Shown one piece after another: positions 63,455 through 64,000 of a DNA stretch of 64,000 nt. Origin of the DNA: Gemmatimonadales bacterium (GTDB taxonomy: Bacteria; Gemmatimonadota; Gemmatimonadetes; Gemmatimonadales; GWC2-71-9); NCBI GenBank assembly GCA_035518815.1, contig DATIXG010000082.1, positions 65,398 through 129,397 of the forward strand, given 5' to 3'. Position 1 is the first letter of the stretch, and every line of letters begins with the position of its first letter. Position numbers and translations under genes: made by a program. The notes below the pieces were generated by a model, which saw only the letters and a list, made by a program, of their open reading frames with translations, ran no database searches and had not been told where the DNA came from.

Positions 63455-63940
63455 CTAGTGGTCGGTGGCTGGCGCCGACTCGCCTCGCAGGTAGTGAAAG
63501 AGCCGCTTGGTCATCTCCTGCATGCCGGCGCCCCGCTCGGGAGCGCCTTCGACGGTGAAAGCCGTCTGATGCGACGTGCAGTCCATAAGCTCCAGGCGGT
63601 TGTACGCGACGAACAGAACTCCATCCACATCACCGGGCTCGCAGATCTCCTTCACGGCCTGGGCCGGCGTATCCCAGCGGCCGGCCCGCGCCACGCCCTT
63701 CCAGCCGCTGTCACTGAGCTCTTTGCGAACGGTCGCGGACATCCGGATCTCGTTTCTACTCGCGCCCCCGGCAATCGTCGCGATGACCTTGAACTTGGTT
63801 CCCCCGATGGTGGGGCTCGGGTGCTCGACAGCTTCCTTGCCGGTCCACAGGCAACCCCCCAGCCCGAGCAGCGCGCTGGCCACGAGCGCCGCGCCCGCCT
63901 GCCGGGCACGCAATGGCGACACGAAACCCACAGGGCTCAC
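63455..63940 (-). CDS. Lipoprotein, unknown family (paralogue of 55950-56402)
   Basis: GTG start, lipobox LGLGGC. See the left-hand paralogue for the shared blocks. Confidence 0.65.
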   Translation of the reverse strand: MSPVGFVSPLRARQAGAALVASALLGLGGCLWTGKEAVEHPSPTIGGTKFKVIATIAGGASRNEIRMSATVRKELSDSGWKGVARAGRWDTPAQAVKEICEPGDVDGVLFVAYNRLELMDCTSHQTAFTVEGAPERGAGMQEMTKRLFHYLRGESAPATDH

Positions 63941-64000
63941 GCGACCCTCTCTCTCCGATTTGTTGGTTATAGACGCACAGTAGGGGCACGGTATGCTCCC

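Overview
GC-rich (by eye about two-thirds G+C; not computed) chromosomal segment from a diderm bacterium. Evidence for a diderm: a TolC/RND pump, Omp85-type and other beta-barrel outer-membrane proteins, and many lipoproteins. The protein flavour looks Gemmatimonadota/Acidobacteriota-like, but that is inference only. I support about 62 protein-coding genes, one tRNA-Cys(GCA), several hairpin terminators and a few candidate operators and promoters. I see no rRNA, CRISPR array, transposase, integrase or phage genes. Left to right the window contains: (1) the 3' end of acnA. (2) A minus-strand operon (12254->1017) encoding an HTH-EIIA(Ntr) fusion regulator, a seven-subunit Hyf/Ehr-type membrane complex whose hydrogenase-like large subunit lacks all four NiFe cysteines, and a translationally coupled beta-CASP hydrolase. 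(3) Divergent glnK-amtB. (4) Small membrane and secreted proteins, tRNA-Cys and a metallophosphoesterase. (5) A TetR-TolC-MFP-RND efflux operon and an Omp85-like OMP. (6) An MqnA/D-family gene, an RR-HD-GYP protein, an SDR and an orphan pseudopilin. (7) A regulator cluster: TPR protein, 43-aa secreted Cys peptide, pseudo-receiver-AraC, CheY-like receiver, MerR-like protein. (8) A lemA / htpX-like / acyltransferase / archease / rtcB / kup gene string. (9) A 600-bp non-coding gap with promoter- and terminator-like signals and a TCCACA repeat cluster. (10) A hypothetical gene trio, a cold-shock gene, a Ser/Thr kinase and a hydrolase. (11) A LivJ-type binding protein coupled to an MCP, a three-gene envelope operon and infA. 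(12) At 55.9-63.9 kb, the most unusual locus: three paralogous YceI-like proteins with a conserved Cys-containing insertion, a CHRD-like protein, a dihaem and an octahaem-TPR cytochrome c and small lipoproteins, all bracketed by two inverted paralogous lipoprotein genes. Many very long ORFs in the supplied track are antisense or alternate-frame shadows typical of high-GC DNA and were not annotated.
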